Assembly: GCA_963667725.2 (NCBI GenBank)
Contig: CAXXHO010000003.1
Location: 768,001-832,000 of the forward strand
Direction: 5' to 3'
DNA length: 64,000 nt
Source: Treponemataceae bacterium
Lineage (GTDB): Bacteria; Spirochaetota; Spirochaetia; Treponematales; Rectinemataceae
The notes beneath the pieces were generated by a model that searched no databases, had not been told where the DNA came from, and was given only the letters and a program-made list of their open reading frames with translations. Numbering within the stretch: the first letter of the stretch is position 1; the number at the start of each line of letters is the position of its first letter. Of the stretch, positions 18,552 to 29,033 are shown one piece after another. A program made the translations under genes and the position numbers.

Positions 18552-19850
18552 ATGAAGAAAGTGCTGGTTCTTTTGATGATGGCCACGATCGCGCTGCAGG
18601 TCTTCGGGCTCGATCAGCCGACGGGGATAAAGGGCGGCGCCCCCTCGAGTTCAACGCCGCTGTGGGCGGCCGCTGACGCGAAGAAGGATAAGGTCCTCGT
18701 CGTCAGCGATATTCATCTGGGAATCCTCGACAAATACTCGGAGAATCTCAAGAACAGGGCCGTGTTCATCGAGTTCCTGAAACGCGTGGAGAACACTGCG
18801 GACGTCGGCGAACTGGTCATCGCGGGAGATTTTCTCGATGAATGGTATCTGCCGCTGACCTATCCCGCCTATGAAGATTCCGGCAAGTTCTACTGGCAAA
18901 TAGTCAGGAACAACCAGGCGGTATTCGATGAATTGAACGCCCTGATGGCGCGAGGCATCAAGCTGACCTATGTGCCCGGAAACCATGACATGACGCTGGA
19001 GGCAGACATCCTGGCCCGGGCGCTCCCTGGGATCAACCAGGCGCGCGACGCCTGCGGCATGGGCAGGCACTACACCGGAGCCCGCAACGAGATCGTGGTC
19101 GAGCATGGACACCGGTACGATGTCTACTCGGCGCCGGACAGCGTCTCCAACAAGGATATAACAGGCGACGCGCCGTCCATCCTTCCGCCCGGCTATTTCT
19201 ACGCGAGGATTGCCGCGAGCTGGGTGCTGCAGGGAAAGCCCATGATCAAGAAAGATTACCCGGAGATCAACAAAGCCCCAAATCCCGCGACCGACCCCGA
19301 CCAGTACGGCGCCTATCTTTACTACAGGATATGGTCTGGCGAAATGAACCGGATCACGCCTTACGAGCGGTTCGAGGATCGCGTGGTAGATATCAAGTTC
19401 AATGGGTATAACGGAAAATACTCCCTCAAGGATGTCTTCCCCGTGGCGCAAGCCGACGGCACCATCAGCGCGCCGACCCTCTTCAAGAACTATCAGCGCG
19501 CATGGGACAAGATCCAGGACAACAACCTCGTCGCGGTGAAGACCTCCTTCGCGGAGAGCGTGGCGGGCGCGCTGGACAGCGAATACTTCTTCAAGCAGGC
19601 GAAAAGGCAGTATCTCGAGAACGCGAACCAGAAGGTGGACGTCGTGGTGTTCGGCCACACCCACAATCCCTCGCTCAGGAAGCTGCCGAACGTCGAGGGG
19701 AAATATTACGTGAACAGCGGCGCCTGGATCGACGAGAACACCTATCATCCCGCGGCGAGCACCTTCGTCGTGGTGACGAGCGGGGACGAAACGGATATCG
19801 CGGAACTCTACGAGTATTACCGCGACGGGACTATAACCAAACTGAATTGA
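18552..19850 (+). CDS. exported calcineurin-like metallophosphoesterase
   Basis: Signal peptide MKKVLVLL..; SDIHLG, GDFLD, GNHD, HGH, FGHTH. Confidence 0.88.
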   Translation: MKKVLVLLMMATIALQVFGLDQPTGIKGGAPSSSTPLWAAADAKKDKVLVVSDIHLGILDKYSENLKNRAVFIEFLKRVENTADVGELVIAGDFLDEWYLPLTYPAYEDSGKFYWQIVRNNQAVFDELNALMARGIKLTYVPGNHDMTLEADILARALPGINQARDACGMGRHYTGARNEIVVEHGHRYDVYSAPDSVSNKDITGDAPSILPPGYFYARIAASWVLQGKPMIKKDYPEINKAPNPATDPDQYGAYLYYRIWSGEMNRITPYERFEDRVVDIKFNGYNGKYSLKDVFPVAQADGTISAPTLFKNYQRAWDKIQDNNLVAVKTSFAESVAGALDSEYFFKQAKRQYLENANQKVDVVVFGHTHNPSLRKLPNVEGKYYVNSGAWIDENTYHPAASTFVVVTSGDETDIAELYEYYRDGTITKLN

Positions 19851-19893
19851 TTGTCGCGAAGCGAAGGCGCTAGAAGGCGCGGCCGGCGGCGTC

Positions 19894-20970
19894 TCATTCC
19901 TTTTCTTCGGGATAAGGGTGGAGCGATCCGTCGGGGGCTTTAAGTATCCAGAAGCCATCCTCCATTCCGACGACACTCTCCGGCAGGTACATCTTGCCCG
20001 CTCCATCGGGCGCGTCCACGGCATAGCGCGGCAGCTCCAGACCCGAGAGTCGCTTCCGCAGCTCTCCATAGATCGCGAGCCCGCGCGAGAGCGGGACGCG
20101 GAAATGGGCCGTGCCCGAAGCCAGGTCTCCCTGGAACAGGTAGTAAGGGTCGACGCCGACCTGGACGAGGCCTGAGAACAGAGCCTCGAGCGTGTCGGCG
20201 GAATCATTGATGCCGCGGAGCAGGACGGACTGGCTCCGTACCGGCAGTCCGGCCCTGACAAGCATCTCCATTTTTTCAGCGAAAAGAGACGAAATCTCGG
20301 CGGGATGGTTGACCTGAATCACCACTCGCAGAGGCTTGAAGCGTGAAAGCATCTCGACGAGTTCCTTGTCGACGCGGTCGGGCAGGGTGACGGGAGCCCT
20401 GGTGCAGAGCCTGATGAGTATGCCTTTTTTACCCACCCTCAGCCGCGAAAAAAGCGCCTCGAGCTTCGGCGTCGACGCGCTCAAGGGATCCCCGCCCGAG
20501 ACGAGCGCTTCCCGCACCTCCTGGTGGGATTCCAGGTAGGCTTTCACTGCCTCCTGCGCCGTGTCGTCCATGAAGCCCCTCTCCTGGGGCAGAAGGGAAC
20601 GTCTGAAGCAGTGCCGGCAATAGACGGGACATTCCCCCGTTGTCCTCAAGAGGATGCGCGACGGATACTGATGGACGAGTCTGGAAAGAGGAGAGTGGAC
20701 TTCCTCGCAGAGCGGGTCCTTGGATTCTATGGGCATACGCTCCAGCTCAACCCTGGAGGGCAGAGCCTGGGCGAGAATGGGATCGATGGGAACGCCTTTC
20801 TCGTCCCTGCGGCAGTCGCGGTAGTCCTCGGAGGCGAGACCCAGCCAGTACGCGGTGGCCGCGAAGGGGAGGGCCGATTCGGACTTCAGCCTCGAAAGTA
20901 AAGCCATATTCTCCGCATCGGTCAGTAGAGTGATTCTTTTTCTCATCGCTTCGCGCCAATCGCTGTTCAT
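19894..20970 (-). CDS. KamA-family radical SAM protein (lysine 2,3-aminomutase-like)
   Basis: DPL.E, CPVYCRHCFRR, SGGDPL, NHP.E, QSVLLRGIND, PYYLFQ, DAPDGAGK. Confidence 0.9.
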   Translation of the reverse strand: MNSDWREAMRKRITLLTDAENMALLSRLKSESALPFAATAYWLGLASEDYRDCRRDEKGVPIDPILAQALPSRVELERMPIESKDPLCEEVHSPLSRLVHQYPSRILLRTTGECPVYCRHCFRRSLLPQERGFMDDTAQEAVKAYLESHQEVREALVSGGDPLSASTPKLEALFSRLRVGKKGILIRLCTRAPVTLPDRVDKELVEMLSRFKPLRVVIQVNHPAEISSLFAEKMEMLVRAGLPVRSQSVLLRGINDSADTLEALFSGLVQVGVDPYYLFQGDLASGTAHFRVPLSRGLAIYGELRKRLSGLELPRYAVDAPDGAGKMYLPESVVGMEDGFWILKAPDGSLHPYPEEKE

Positions 20971-21107
20971 GCCCCAACGCTATATCGTTTCAACCGTCCT
21001 TTGCAACACCTGCGGCCTGGGCGCGCCTCATGGACGGCGGCAGGTCTCTGGTATATGCTTGGCGGCGCATCGGACCAGCAGGACGATCCGGTCCCGAGGA
21101 GTGAGAA

Positions 21108-22184
21108 ATGCCAGCGTACAGGAACCTTGTATTCAAGGGGGGCGGAGTCCGCGGAGTGGCCTATATCGGCGCCCTCAAATATCTTTATGAAAACGGACTC
21201 ATGCGCTCGGTCGAGCGCGTTGCCGGCACATCGGCCGGCGCCATCACTGCCATGGTCCTCGCCTTCAACTTCGAAAACTACGATTCCATAAAGTCGATCA
21301 GCGATAGCCTCGACTATCGAAAAATCCCTGCCGAGGGCGATCTCAAGCCCGAACAGGCGAAGTTCATAAAGGCCAATCCTCTTATGGCAAGATCGCAGTC
21401 CCTTGGGATCGTCAAGAACCTCCAATGTTCCTTGCGCCTCCTCCAGGAAAAGGGCTGGTACTCGAGCGACTACTTCTATGGCTGGTTAAAATCGGTGATA
21501 GCCAAGCAGTTCTCCGTTAAAAAGGAAACCTATACCTTCAGGGACTTCAAGGATCCGTCCCTCCATGTGGACGAGCGCCATTTCTTCGATCTTTTCGTCA
21601 CGGGGACCGATATTTCCAATAGGACGAGCAGGGTTTTCTCCTTTGACGCAACGCCCGAGATGGAGGTGGCCATGGCCGTCAGGATATCCATGTCCATTCC
21701 CCTGTTCTTCGAGGCCATGCCGTTCCAGTATCCCGGGACAAAGGAAAAGCAGTTTTACGCCGACGGCGGCGTCATGTGGAACTATCCCATCAGCCTGTTC
21801 GACGATCCCAGATACGGGAAAAAGTTTTTCAAAGGCATGAACGCGGAAACCCTGGGATTCTTCCTCTATACTTCGCCGGAATCGACCGAGTACAAGGAGG
21901 TGAAGGGGATGATGGACTATGTCGGCGCCCTTTTTGAAAGCCTGCTCCTTGTCCAGGATCAGCTTGTGCTCTACGGGGAGAAGAACAAGGACAGGACGAT
22001 CTTCATCAACGATCAGGGCGTCTCGCCGACAAACTTCAATATCGCGGTCGGCGACGAAGTCTATGAAAAACTCTTCCTGTCCGGCTACGAGTCTTCCAAG
22101 GAATTCTTCGCGGAGAAGACAAACTGGGACATGGTGCTTCACCGACTCCAGGAGCGGTTCGGCTGGAAAGGGATGGAATACTGA
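21108..22184 (+). CDS. patatin-like phospholipase
   Basis: GGGVRG, GTSAG, SMSIPLFF, DGG. Confidence 0.92.
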   Translation: MPAYRNLVFKGGGVRGVAYIGALKYLYENGLMRSVERVAGTSAGAITAMVLAFNFENYDSIKSISDSLDYRKIPAEGDLKPEQAKFIKANPLMARSQSLGIVKNLQCSLRLLQEKGWYSSDYFYGWLKSVIAKQFSVKKETYTFRDFKDPSLHVDERHFFDLFVTGTDISNRTSRVFSFDATPEMEVAMAVRISMSIPLFFEAMPFQYPGTKEKQFYADGGVMWNYPISLFDDPRYGKKFFKGMNAETLGFFLYTSPESTEYKEVKGMMDYVGALFESLLLVQDQLVLYGEKNKDRTIFINDQGVSPTNFNIAVGDEVYEKLFLSGYESSKEFFAEKTNWDMVLHRLQERFGWKGMEY

Positions 22185-22235
22185 CGCTCAGCGGGGGCTT
22201 TACCGATCTTCCGCGGCAAGGTCGCGGAATCATCC

Positions 22236-22264
22236 TTGAGAAAAATGCAAAAATATGCAATACT
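22236..22264 (+). promoter_or_regulatory. argR promoter with ARG box
   Basis: TTGAGA-17-(TG)cAATACT; ARG-box-like AATGCAAAAATATGCAAT (22244-22261) in the spacer. Confidence 0.65.
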
Positions 22265-22304
22265 GTGGAAACGCCCAAAATAACGTCATGGAGAAAAACC
22301 CGAC

Positions 22305-22781
22305 ATGAAAGAAAGACTTGAGCGCTTAAAAGTGGTCAAGACCCTCATAAAAGCCCATCGCATAGATTCACAGGACACCCTGCTCCAGCTCCTCGCTGAG
22401 GCCGGCTATTCAGTCACCCAGGCAACCCTGTCCCGCGACCTCAAATACCTGAAAGTCGGCAAAGTCGCGGACGGACAGACGGGCTATTATTATACGGTTC
22501 CTTCCGAAGAGGAGCGCAAAGAGTCGGAGAAGCATTATATACAGGATTTCCTGCGCGGCTACGTATCGGTCGACTGGAACGACGGCCTCGTCGTCATCAG
22601 GACTTTTTCCGGCCACTCCGACACGGTAGCCATGGCCATCGATAACATGGGCATGGAAGACGTGCTCGGCACCATCTCGGGACGCGACAACGTCGTCTTC
22701 ATCGCGCTGAAGCGCGGCAGCACGGGCGACGCGTTCGTGAGGGCGCTGAAGGCTAAAATTCCCGATTTCGATCCGGAGTAA
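22305..22781 (+). CDS. argR: arginine repressor
   Basis: SQ..L...L...GYSVTQATLSRDL, VVIRT..G, LGTISG.D. Confidence 0.93.
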   Translation: MKERLERLKVVKTLIKAHRIDSQDTLLQLLAEAGYSVTQATLSRDLKYLKVGKVADGQTGYYYTVPSEEERKESEKHYIQDFLRGYVSVDWNDGLVVIRTFSGHSDTVAMAIDNMGMEDVLGTISGRDNVVFIALKRGSTGDAFVRALKAKIPDFDPE

Positions 22782-22800
22782 GAGTTTTTTGACTGTCTAG

Positions 22801-22830
22801 AGGGGCCGGCCGCCGCGGCGGCCGGCCCCT
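22801..22830. repeat. perfect 30-bp GC palindrome between convergent genes (possible terminator)
   Basis: AGGGGCCGGCCGCCGCGGCGGCCGGCCCCT equals its own reverse complement. Confidence 0.8.
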
Positions 22831-22838
22831 ATTGCCGC

Positions 22839-23051
22839 TTAAGCCCTTCTCGTCCGTTCCCGCGTCATCGCGTGCTCTTCGGCTAGATGCTCTATGAGAT
22901 CCTCGACCTTCCATTCCATGCTCGTCGGCGTCGTCGTGGCGAACGCCGTCGATGCGGCCCCTAAACCCAGCGCCTTCACCGCCCTCATCACCGCTACAGC
23001 CTCTTCGTTCGTATAGCCGTACAGGATCACCGCCTTGAAATCTTTGTCCAT
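22839..23051 (-). CDS. small conserved protein (DUF3783-like)
   Basis: FA.TTPTSMEWKV.DLI.HL.EEH motif; TATACT 6 nt upstream of the ATG. Confidence 0.75.
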   Translation of the reverse strand: MDKDFKAVILYGYTNEEAVAVMRAVKALGLGAASTAFATTTPTSMEWKVEDLIEHLAEEHAMTRERTRRA

Positions 23052-23125
23052 TCGGGTAGTATAGCTCGAATTGAAGATTGCCGAAATGCCCTTTTCGTTC
23101 GTATCTTTATCATACAGGAAATCCA

Positions 23126-25729
23126 ATGAACTACGAAAAATTCACGCTCAAGGCACAGGAAGCGGTTCGGGACGCTTCCGCCCTCGCTCAGTCCCGCGAC
23201 AACCCGAATGTCGAAGTCGAACATCTTCTCTATGCCCTCCTCACCCAGGAAGAAGGCGTCGTGCCCTCGCTTCTGGACCGCATCGGCGCCGACAAGGCGA
23301 CGGTGGAGAAGGGGACTGAAAACCTCCTCGCGAAGCTTCCAAAAGCATTCGGCGAAGCGGCCCAAGTCTACCTTTCCGGCGCGGCATCGAAAGCCCTGGC
23401 CAAGGCCGAGACCGAATCGGCAGCCCTCAAGGACGAGTATGTCGCCGCCGAGCATATCCTCCTGGGCATCATCGCCGTGGAAGGCGCCGCGGCATCCCTT
23501 CTCAAGGCGCAGGGCGTGACGAAGGAACGCATTCTTTCTGCTCTCCAGGCCGTGCGCGGCAACAGGCGCGTTACCGACCAGGATGCCGAGGAGAAATACA
23601 GGGTCCTGGAAAAATATACTCGCGATCTCACCGCCCTCGCGCGCGCCGACAAGCTGGATCCCGTCATCGGCCGCGACGAGGAAATCAGGCGCGTGATGCA
23701 GGTGCTCTCCAGGCGGACCAAGAACAACCCCGTCATCATAGGAGAGCCCGGCGTCGGCAAGACCGCCATCGTCGAAGGCTTGGCGCGGCGAATCATTTCG
23801 GGCGATGTCCCCGACAGCCTCAAGAACAAAACCCTGCTCGCCCTCGACCTCGGCTCCCTCATCGCCGGCGCCAAATTCAGGGGAGAATTCGAGGAAAGGC
23901 TCAAGGCCGTCATTGAGGAAATCCAGAAGTCCGACGGTAAGATCATCCTCTTCATCGACGAGCTGCACACCCTCGTGGGCGCCGGCGCGGCGGAGGGGGC
24001 CATGGACGCGTCCAACCTTCTCAAGCCGGCCCTCGCCCGAGGCGAGCTGAGGGCGATAGGCGCCACGACGCTGGACGAATACCGCAAGCATATCGAGAAG
24101 GACGCCGCCCTCGAGCGGCGATTCCAGCCGGTCTACTGCGCCGCCCCGAGCGTCGAGTCGACCATAGCCATTCTGCGCGGCCTCAAGGAGCGCTACGAAG
24201 TGCACCACGGCGTGAGGATTCGCGACGACGCCCTGATCGCGGCAGCCACGCTCTCCGACCGCTACATAACGAGTAGGTTCCTCCCCGACAAGGCCATAGA
24301 TCTCGTCGACGAAGCCGCCAGCCGCCTCAAGATGGAGATCGAGAGCCAGCCGACGGAGCTCGACGTCATCGAGCGCAAGCTGACCCAGTTCAAGATGGAG
24401 GAGCAGGCGCTCAGGAAGGAAGTGGATGCGGCATCCATGGAGCGCCGCTCCAAGCTGGACAAGGAGATTTCCGAGCTCACGGCGCAGCGCGACGCCATGC
24501 GTCTTCGCTGGGACAACGAAAAATCCAAGATCGGCGGCCTGAGGGACACGAAACAGAAAATCGAAGAGCTCAAGCTTGAAGCCGACAGGAAGGTTCGCGA
24601 AGGCGACCTGGCCGCGGCTTCCGAGATAAAGTACGGGCGCCTGATCGAAGCCCAGAAGAAGCTGGACGCCCTTTCGGCCGAGATGAAGTCGGGGGCTGGG
24701 GATCGCCGGCTCCTCCGCGAGGAAGTGTCGGAGGAGGATATCGCTCGCGTCGTGTCGGCATGGACCGGCATTCCCGTCTCGAAGATGATGTCGAGCGAGT
24801 CGCAGAAATACGTGGAACTCGAAGACAAGCTCAGGCTTCGCGTCATAGGCCAGGAGCCGGCCCTGTTGGCCGTGGCCGACGCTATACGAAGGAATCGGGC
24901 GGGTCTGTCGGATCCTCGCAAACCGCTGGGGTCTTTCCTCTTTCTCGGACCGACGGGCGTGGGCAAGACCGAACTCGCCAAGGCCCTGGCCGAATTCCTT
25001 TTCAACGACGAAAAAGCCCTCACGCGCATCGACATGAGCGAATACATGGAAAAACACGCCGTCTCGAGGCTGATCGGGGCTCCTCCCGGCTACGTCGGCT
25101 ACGAGGAAGGCGGACAGCTCACCGAAGCGGTGCGCAGGCGGCCTTATTCGGTCGTCCTTTTCGACGAGATCGAAAAAGCCCACCCCGAAGTGTTCAACGT
25201 ACTCCTTCAGACGCTCGACGACGGACGGCTTACCGACGGACAGGGCAGGGTGGTGGACTTCAGGAACACCATCATCATTATGACGAGCAATATAGGTTCG
25301 GAGCTTATCCTCGAGGCCGAGAGCATGGATGCTGTCCGCAAGGATATAGATTCCCTCCTGAAAGGGCATTTCAAGCCTGAGTTCCTCAACCGGATCGACG
25401 AAATCGTCCTCTTCGAAAGACTTTCCGAGGCGATGATCCGCTCGATAACGGACCTTAGGCTCGCCGAGCTCATCGGCCGACTGGCTGAAAGGTTCATAAC
25501 CCTCGAGATCAGCCCCGAGGCTCGCGATTACATCGCGGCCGAAGGCTACGACAGGCGGTTCGGCGCCCGGCCGCTCAAGAGGGCCATACAGTCCCTGCTC
25601 GAGAACCCTCTCGCCAGATCCCTTCTGTCGGGAGAAGTGAGGGAGGGCGACAAGGTGCTCGCCGGCGCTTCGGCCGGCGGACTCACGTTCACCGTGACGA
25701 GACCGGATGGCGACGATGCTTCCGAATAA
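23126..25729 (+). CDS. clpB: chaperone ClpB
   Basis: Two AAA+ modules ([16 protein letters not shown]), long coiled-coil M domain, GARPLKR. Confidence 0.97.
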   Translation: MNYEKFTLKAQEAVRDASALAQSRDNPNVEVEHLLYALLTQEEGVVPSLLDRIGADKATVEKGTENLLAKLPKAFGEAAQVYLSGAASKALAKAETESAALKDEYVAAEHILLGIIAVEGAAASLLKAQGVTKERILSALQAVRGNRRVTDQDAEEKYRVLEKYTRDLTALARADKLDPVIGRDEEIRRVMQVLSRRTKNNPVIIGEPGVGKTAIVEGLARRIISGDVPDSLKNKTLLALDLGSLIAGAKFRGEFEERLKAVIEEIQKSDGKIILFIDELHTLVGAGAAEGAMDASNLLKPALARGELRAIGATTLDEYRKHIEKDAALERRFQPVYCAAPSVESTIAILRGLKERYEVHHGVRIRDDALIAAATLSDRYITSRFLPDKAIDLVDEAASRLKMEIESQPTELDVIERKLTQFKMEEQALRKEVDAASMERRSKLDKEISELTAQRDAMRLRWDNEKSKIGGLRDTKQKIEELKLEADRKVREGDLAAASEIKYGRLIEAQKKLDALSAEMKSGAGDRRLLREEVSEEDIARVVSAWTGIPVSKMMSSESQKYVELEDKLRLRVIGQEPALLAVADAIRRNRAGLSDPRKPLGSFLFLGPTGVGKTELAKALAEFLFNDEKALTRIDMSEYMEKHAVSRLIGAPPGYVGYEEGGQLTEAVRRRPYSVVLFDEIEKAHPEVFNVLLQTLDDGRLTDGQGRVVDFRNTIIIMTSNIGSELILEAESMDAVRKDIDSLLKGHFKPEFLNRIDEIVLFERLSEAMIRSITDLRLAELIGRLAERFITLEISPEARDYIAAEGYDRRFGARPLKRAIQSLLENPLARSLLSGEVREGDKVLAGASAGGLTFTVTRPDGDDASE

Positions 25730-26582
25730 GGGAAGCGTTCAGGCCCTGTACAGCGATTCCCATGCCCATCTGGGGATTGTCGAGTCGAGGCTCGGCGCCG
25801 AAGCGGTTGAAGCCTTGCTGACGGCATACGCAGGGGCTTGGGAATCGGAAATCCAGAACGGCCAGGAAGCCTCGGCGCCCTTCATCGTCGATATCGGCGT
25901 GAATTCCGGCGATCTGGTGCCTCGGCTTGAGCGTCTCGGGCGGTATCCCTTCGTCCAGTTTTCGGCCGGACTCTGGCCTGGCCGCGAGTCGCTCGAAAGA
26001 CCGGGCGAGGCTTTGGCCGCGTTGAGGGAAGACCTGCGGTCGCCCCGCTGCCGCGCCCTGGGCGAGTGCGGCCTCGACTATCATCACATGGATGCGCCGC
26101 GGGAAGACCAGATAAGGCTGTTCGAAGCCCAGGCATCCATGGCGGCCGAGCTGGGCCTTCCCCTCATCGTGCATTCCCGCGACGCCTTCGAGGACACGCT
26201 GGCCGTCGTGACAGAGGCGGCTTCGTCGGTCCCCGTCATCATTCACTGCTTTGGATACGGGGCTCGCGAAGCCGAAGATTTCCTGGAAGCCGGTTGCCTG
26301 CTTTCCTTTGCCGGAAACCTCACGTACAAGAAATCCGATGGACTCAGAAGCGCCCTTGTCCTCACCCCGCTGAATAAGCTGCTCATGGAAACCGATTCGC
26401 CCTACATGAATCCCATGCCGCATCGCGGGAAGGATGCCACGCCGCTCGATATCGGGCGGACGATAGGGCTGGCGGCGCGACTTAAGGAAATATCGGTGGA
26501 GGAATTATCGGCGGCGGCTCAGGCGAACGCCTTCAGAATATTCTCGGGAACGTGGCGCCGGAGCGAAGCGGAACCTTCCTGA
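25707..26582 (+). CDS. tatD: TatD-family hydrolase
   Basis: [27 protein letters not shown]. Confidence 0.92.
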   Translation: MATMLPNKGSVQALYSDSHAHLGIVESRLGAEAVEALLTAYAGAWESEIQNGQEASAPFIVDIGVNSGDLVPRLERLGRYPFVQFSAGLWPGRESLERPGEALAALREDLRSPRCRALGECGLDYHHMDAPREDQIRLFEAQASMAAELGLPLIVHSRDAFEDTLAVVTEAASSVPVIIHCFGYGAREAEDFLEAGCLLSFAGNLTYKKSDGLRSALVLTPLNKLLMETDSPYMNPMPHRGKDATPLDIGRTIGLAARLKEISVEELSAAAQANAFRIFSGTWRRSEAEPS

Positions 26583-27744
26583 CCGCGTCGACGGGGTGGC
26601 CCTCGGCCAGCTTCTTTGCCGCCTCTATTGCCGCCCAGGCCAGGCTCGCCTCATCGCCCCAAATTACATACCTGTAAAGCCTTGGTTTTTGCCAGAACGC
26701 GGGCGGCTGCATGCCCCAGGAACTCTGGTCCGCCAGGAACATCGGGACTGCCTTGCCTGTCGCGGCAGGTTCCGCGAGCGAATCGGCAGCCGCCGATTCG
26801 GCGACGAAGGCGTCATCGATGGCCAGCACCACGACAGCCGCGCCCCCCGCCTCGTTTCCGTTGACGGAACCGCGCTCGACGGGAACTGCCGGCTTTATAA
26901 GTCCCAGGATCGCTTCCTTCGTCGCCCCTGTCGGATCCACGGCGAGAAGTTCCTTGTCGAGCAGCCTGACCTCGAGCCGTCCCTTGCCGATTTCGGCTTC
27001 GAAGGCGGCCACGAAAGCATCCAGCGCCGACCTTCCCCTCATGAAGTTTTCCTGGTAGACAATTCCGCAGTAGGCGGCATTCCCTTGTTTTCCGGAAATT
27101 TTCCTTAGATATCGGGCGGCCTTCCTGCCCATGGCGGAATAGGCGGCGTCGAAATCGTACTCGATGGCGTGGATTTTCGTCGCCGGATCGAGACTAAAAC
27201 CGGAGGCGAAGGGGACGACAAGCTGGGGCAGGGACGCGCGCCTGCCGCCCGCCGCGCGGGCGGCGCCAGCTGCGCGGGCGGCGCCAGCTGCGCTGGCGAG
27301 TCCGTACGCGGCCAAGGGGCTCGCGACAAGGGCTTTGGGCATGGTTTCGCCGTTTTTCATCCATTGCCCTATCGTTCTTTCCGCGGCGGTTTCGATGGCT
27401 GCCAGGGCAATCGGGGCTGAAGTCTCGATCGGTTCCGCTATCTTCCCTGGCTTCGCTCCCATTTCCGCTTCCATTCCCGATCCCGGTTTTGATCCGTCGG
27501 GAAGCCTGGCCAGTATTTCCGCGGCTTCGGGCAGCAGGACCGCGAAGGCTTCGTCCATGAAGCCCGCGACCCCGTCTTCGGGCTTCGGGACTGTCCGGTC
27601 GCCGCAGGAAAAGACAAGCATGAGGACAAGCATGCCGGCGAGCAAGTGGAGAAGCGGCGCGGCAAACCAGCGAACCGGCAACGCGGCGAGAAGCGAAAGC
27701 CCCCGCGGTTTCGCTCTTCGTTCCGCCCATACGCGTTGTTCCAT
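26533..27744 (-). CDS. hypothetical protein, probable lipoprotein
   Basis: Hydrophobic stretch ending LVFSC; GGAG before ATG 27744; start uncertain. Confidence 0.6.
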   Translation of the reverse strand: MEQRVWAERRAKPRGLSLLAALPVRWFAAPLLHLLAGMLVLMLVFSCGDRTVPKPEDGVAGFMDEAFAVLLPEAAEILARLPDGSKPGSGMEAEMGAKPGKIAEPIETSAPIALAAIETAAERTIGQWMKNGETMPKALVASPLAAYGLASAAGAARAAGAARAAGGRRASLPQLVVPFASGFSLDPATKIHAIEYDFDAAYSAMGRKAARYLRKISGKQGNAAYCGIVYQENFMRGRSALDAFVAAFEAEIGKGRLEVRLLDKELLAVDPTGATKEAILGLIKPAVPVERGSVNGNEAGGAAVVVLAIDDAFVAESAAADSLAEPAATGKAVPMFLADQSSWGMQPPAFWQKPRLYRYVIWGDEASLAWAAIEAAKKLAEGHPVDAVRKVPLRSGATFPRIF

Positions 27745-27765
27745 GATTCTCCGCCCTCCGCCTGC

Positions 27766-27794
27766 TTGACGATCTATTGGTCTCTCCATAAGAT
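27766..27794 (+). promoter_or_regulatory. sigma70 promoter of fba
   Basis: TTGACG-17-TAAGAT. Confidence 0.6.
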
Positions 27795-27846
27795 TAGCAG
27801 GAATCGCGGGCGGAAAGAAGCATCACGCCCAATTTTCGGAGGTATC

Positions 27847-28845
27847 ATGACAAGCTATAAGGAACTTGGACTTTCCAACACCGTCGAGCTGTTCGCCAAG
27901 GCGGTAAAGGGCGGTTATGCCCTTCCCGCGTACAACTTCAACAATATGGAGCAGATGCAGGCCATAATCCAGGCATGCGTGGAGACGAAAAGCCCCGTCA
28001 TCATGCAGGTTTCTTCAGGCGCGCGCAAATACGCCGACTCCACCCTGCTGCGCAACATGGCTCGCGGCGCCGTGGAATACGCCAAGGAACTAGGCTACCC
28101 CATCCCCGTCGTCCTTCATCTCGACCATGGCGACACCTATGAACTCTGCGTCGACTGCATAGAAAACGGTTTTTCCTCCGTCATGATCGACGGATCCCAT
28201 CTGCCCTACGACGAGAACGTCGCCCTCACCAAAAAGGTCTGCGAATACGCCCATTCGCGCAAGGATTACGTGACGGTCGAGGGGGAACTCGGCGTTCTGG
28301 CCGGCGTCGAGGATGACGTTTCCTCCGAACACAGCAACTACACCCGCCCCGCCGAAGTCGAGGATTTCGTCAAGAAAACCGGCGTCGACAGCCTGGCGAT
28401 CTCGATCGGAACGAGCCACGGCAGGACGAAGTTCAAGCCCGAGCAGTGCACCAGAGGCGCTGACGGCGTTCTCATTCCGCCTCCCCTCCGCTTCGATATC
28501 CTCGAGGAAATCGAGAAGCGCATTCCCGGCTTCCCCATCGTTCTCCACGGTTCTTCCTCCGTTCCCCAGGAATATGTGAGGATGATCGAACAGTATGGCG
28601 GCAGGCTCAAGGATTCCGTAGGCATTCCCGAGGAACAGCTCCGCAAGGCCGCACGCAGCGCCGTGTGCAAGATCAATATCGACTCGGATGGACGTCTGGC
28701 CATGACAGCCCTCATCCGCAAGGTGCTCACGGAGAAACCGGACGAATTCGATCCCCGCAAGTACCTTGGACCGGCCCGCGACGAGCTCAAGAAGCTTTAT
28801 ATGCACAAGAACATAGAGGTTTTGGGATCGGCAGGAAAAGCCTGA
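27847..28845 (+). CDS. fba: class II fructose-bisphosphate aldolase
   Basis: HLDHG, SSVMIDGS, VEGELG, IGTSHG, VLHGSS, KINIDSD. Confidence 0.97.
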   Translation: MTSYKELGLSNTVELFAKAVKGGYALPAYNFNNMEQMQAIIQACVETKSPVIMQVSSGARKYADSTLLRNMARGAVEYAKELGYPIPVVLHLDHGDTYELCVDCIENGFSSVMIDGSHLPYDENVALTKKVCEYAHSRKDYVTVEGELGVLAGVEDDVSSEHSNYTRPAEVEDFVKKTGVDSLAISIGTSHGRTKFKPEQCTRGADGVLIPPPLRFDILEEIEKRIPGFPIVLHGSSSVPQEYVRMIEQYGGRLKDSVGIPEEQLRKAARSAVCKINIDSDGRLAMTALIRKVLTEKPDEFDPRKYLGPARDELKKLYMHKNIEVLGSAGKA

Positions 28846-28935
28846 GCCGTTTTTCGCCCTTTTGCGCGGCCTTTTTCGCGCATCGGGGCATTGCAGGTAT
28901 TTACCCGATTTGAAATTATATGGTAATATACGCGT

Positions 28936-29020
28936 CGCGCCTGTGCAGGTGACCAACCGCATGTGCAACAGGCGCGTAAACCCGTAGGCCGATCCCCGTA
29001 ACGGACGAACGGGTTTGCGC
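28936..29020 (+). promoter_or_regulatory. structured 5' leader of infC-rpmI-rplT
   Basis: Stems CGCGCCTGT/ACAGGCGCG and GCGTAAACCCGT/ACGGGTTTGCGC between an extended -10 (TGgTAATAT) and the SD GAGGAGG. Confidence 0.5.
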
Positions 29021-29033
29021 TAGAGGAGGTCAG

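Noticed and set aside
18651..20261. 536-aa antisense ORF
   Set aside because: Shadow frame of real genes in GC-rich DNA; no motifs
21108..22184. Patatin as a CBASS/defence effector
   Set aside because: No CD-NTase or other defence gene nearby; looks stand-alone
23027..25369. 780-aa ORF antisense to clpB
   Set aside because: Typical antisense shadow caused by codon bias
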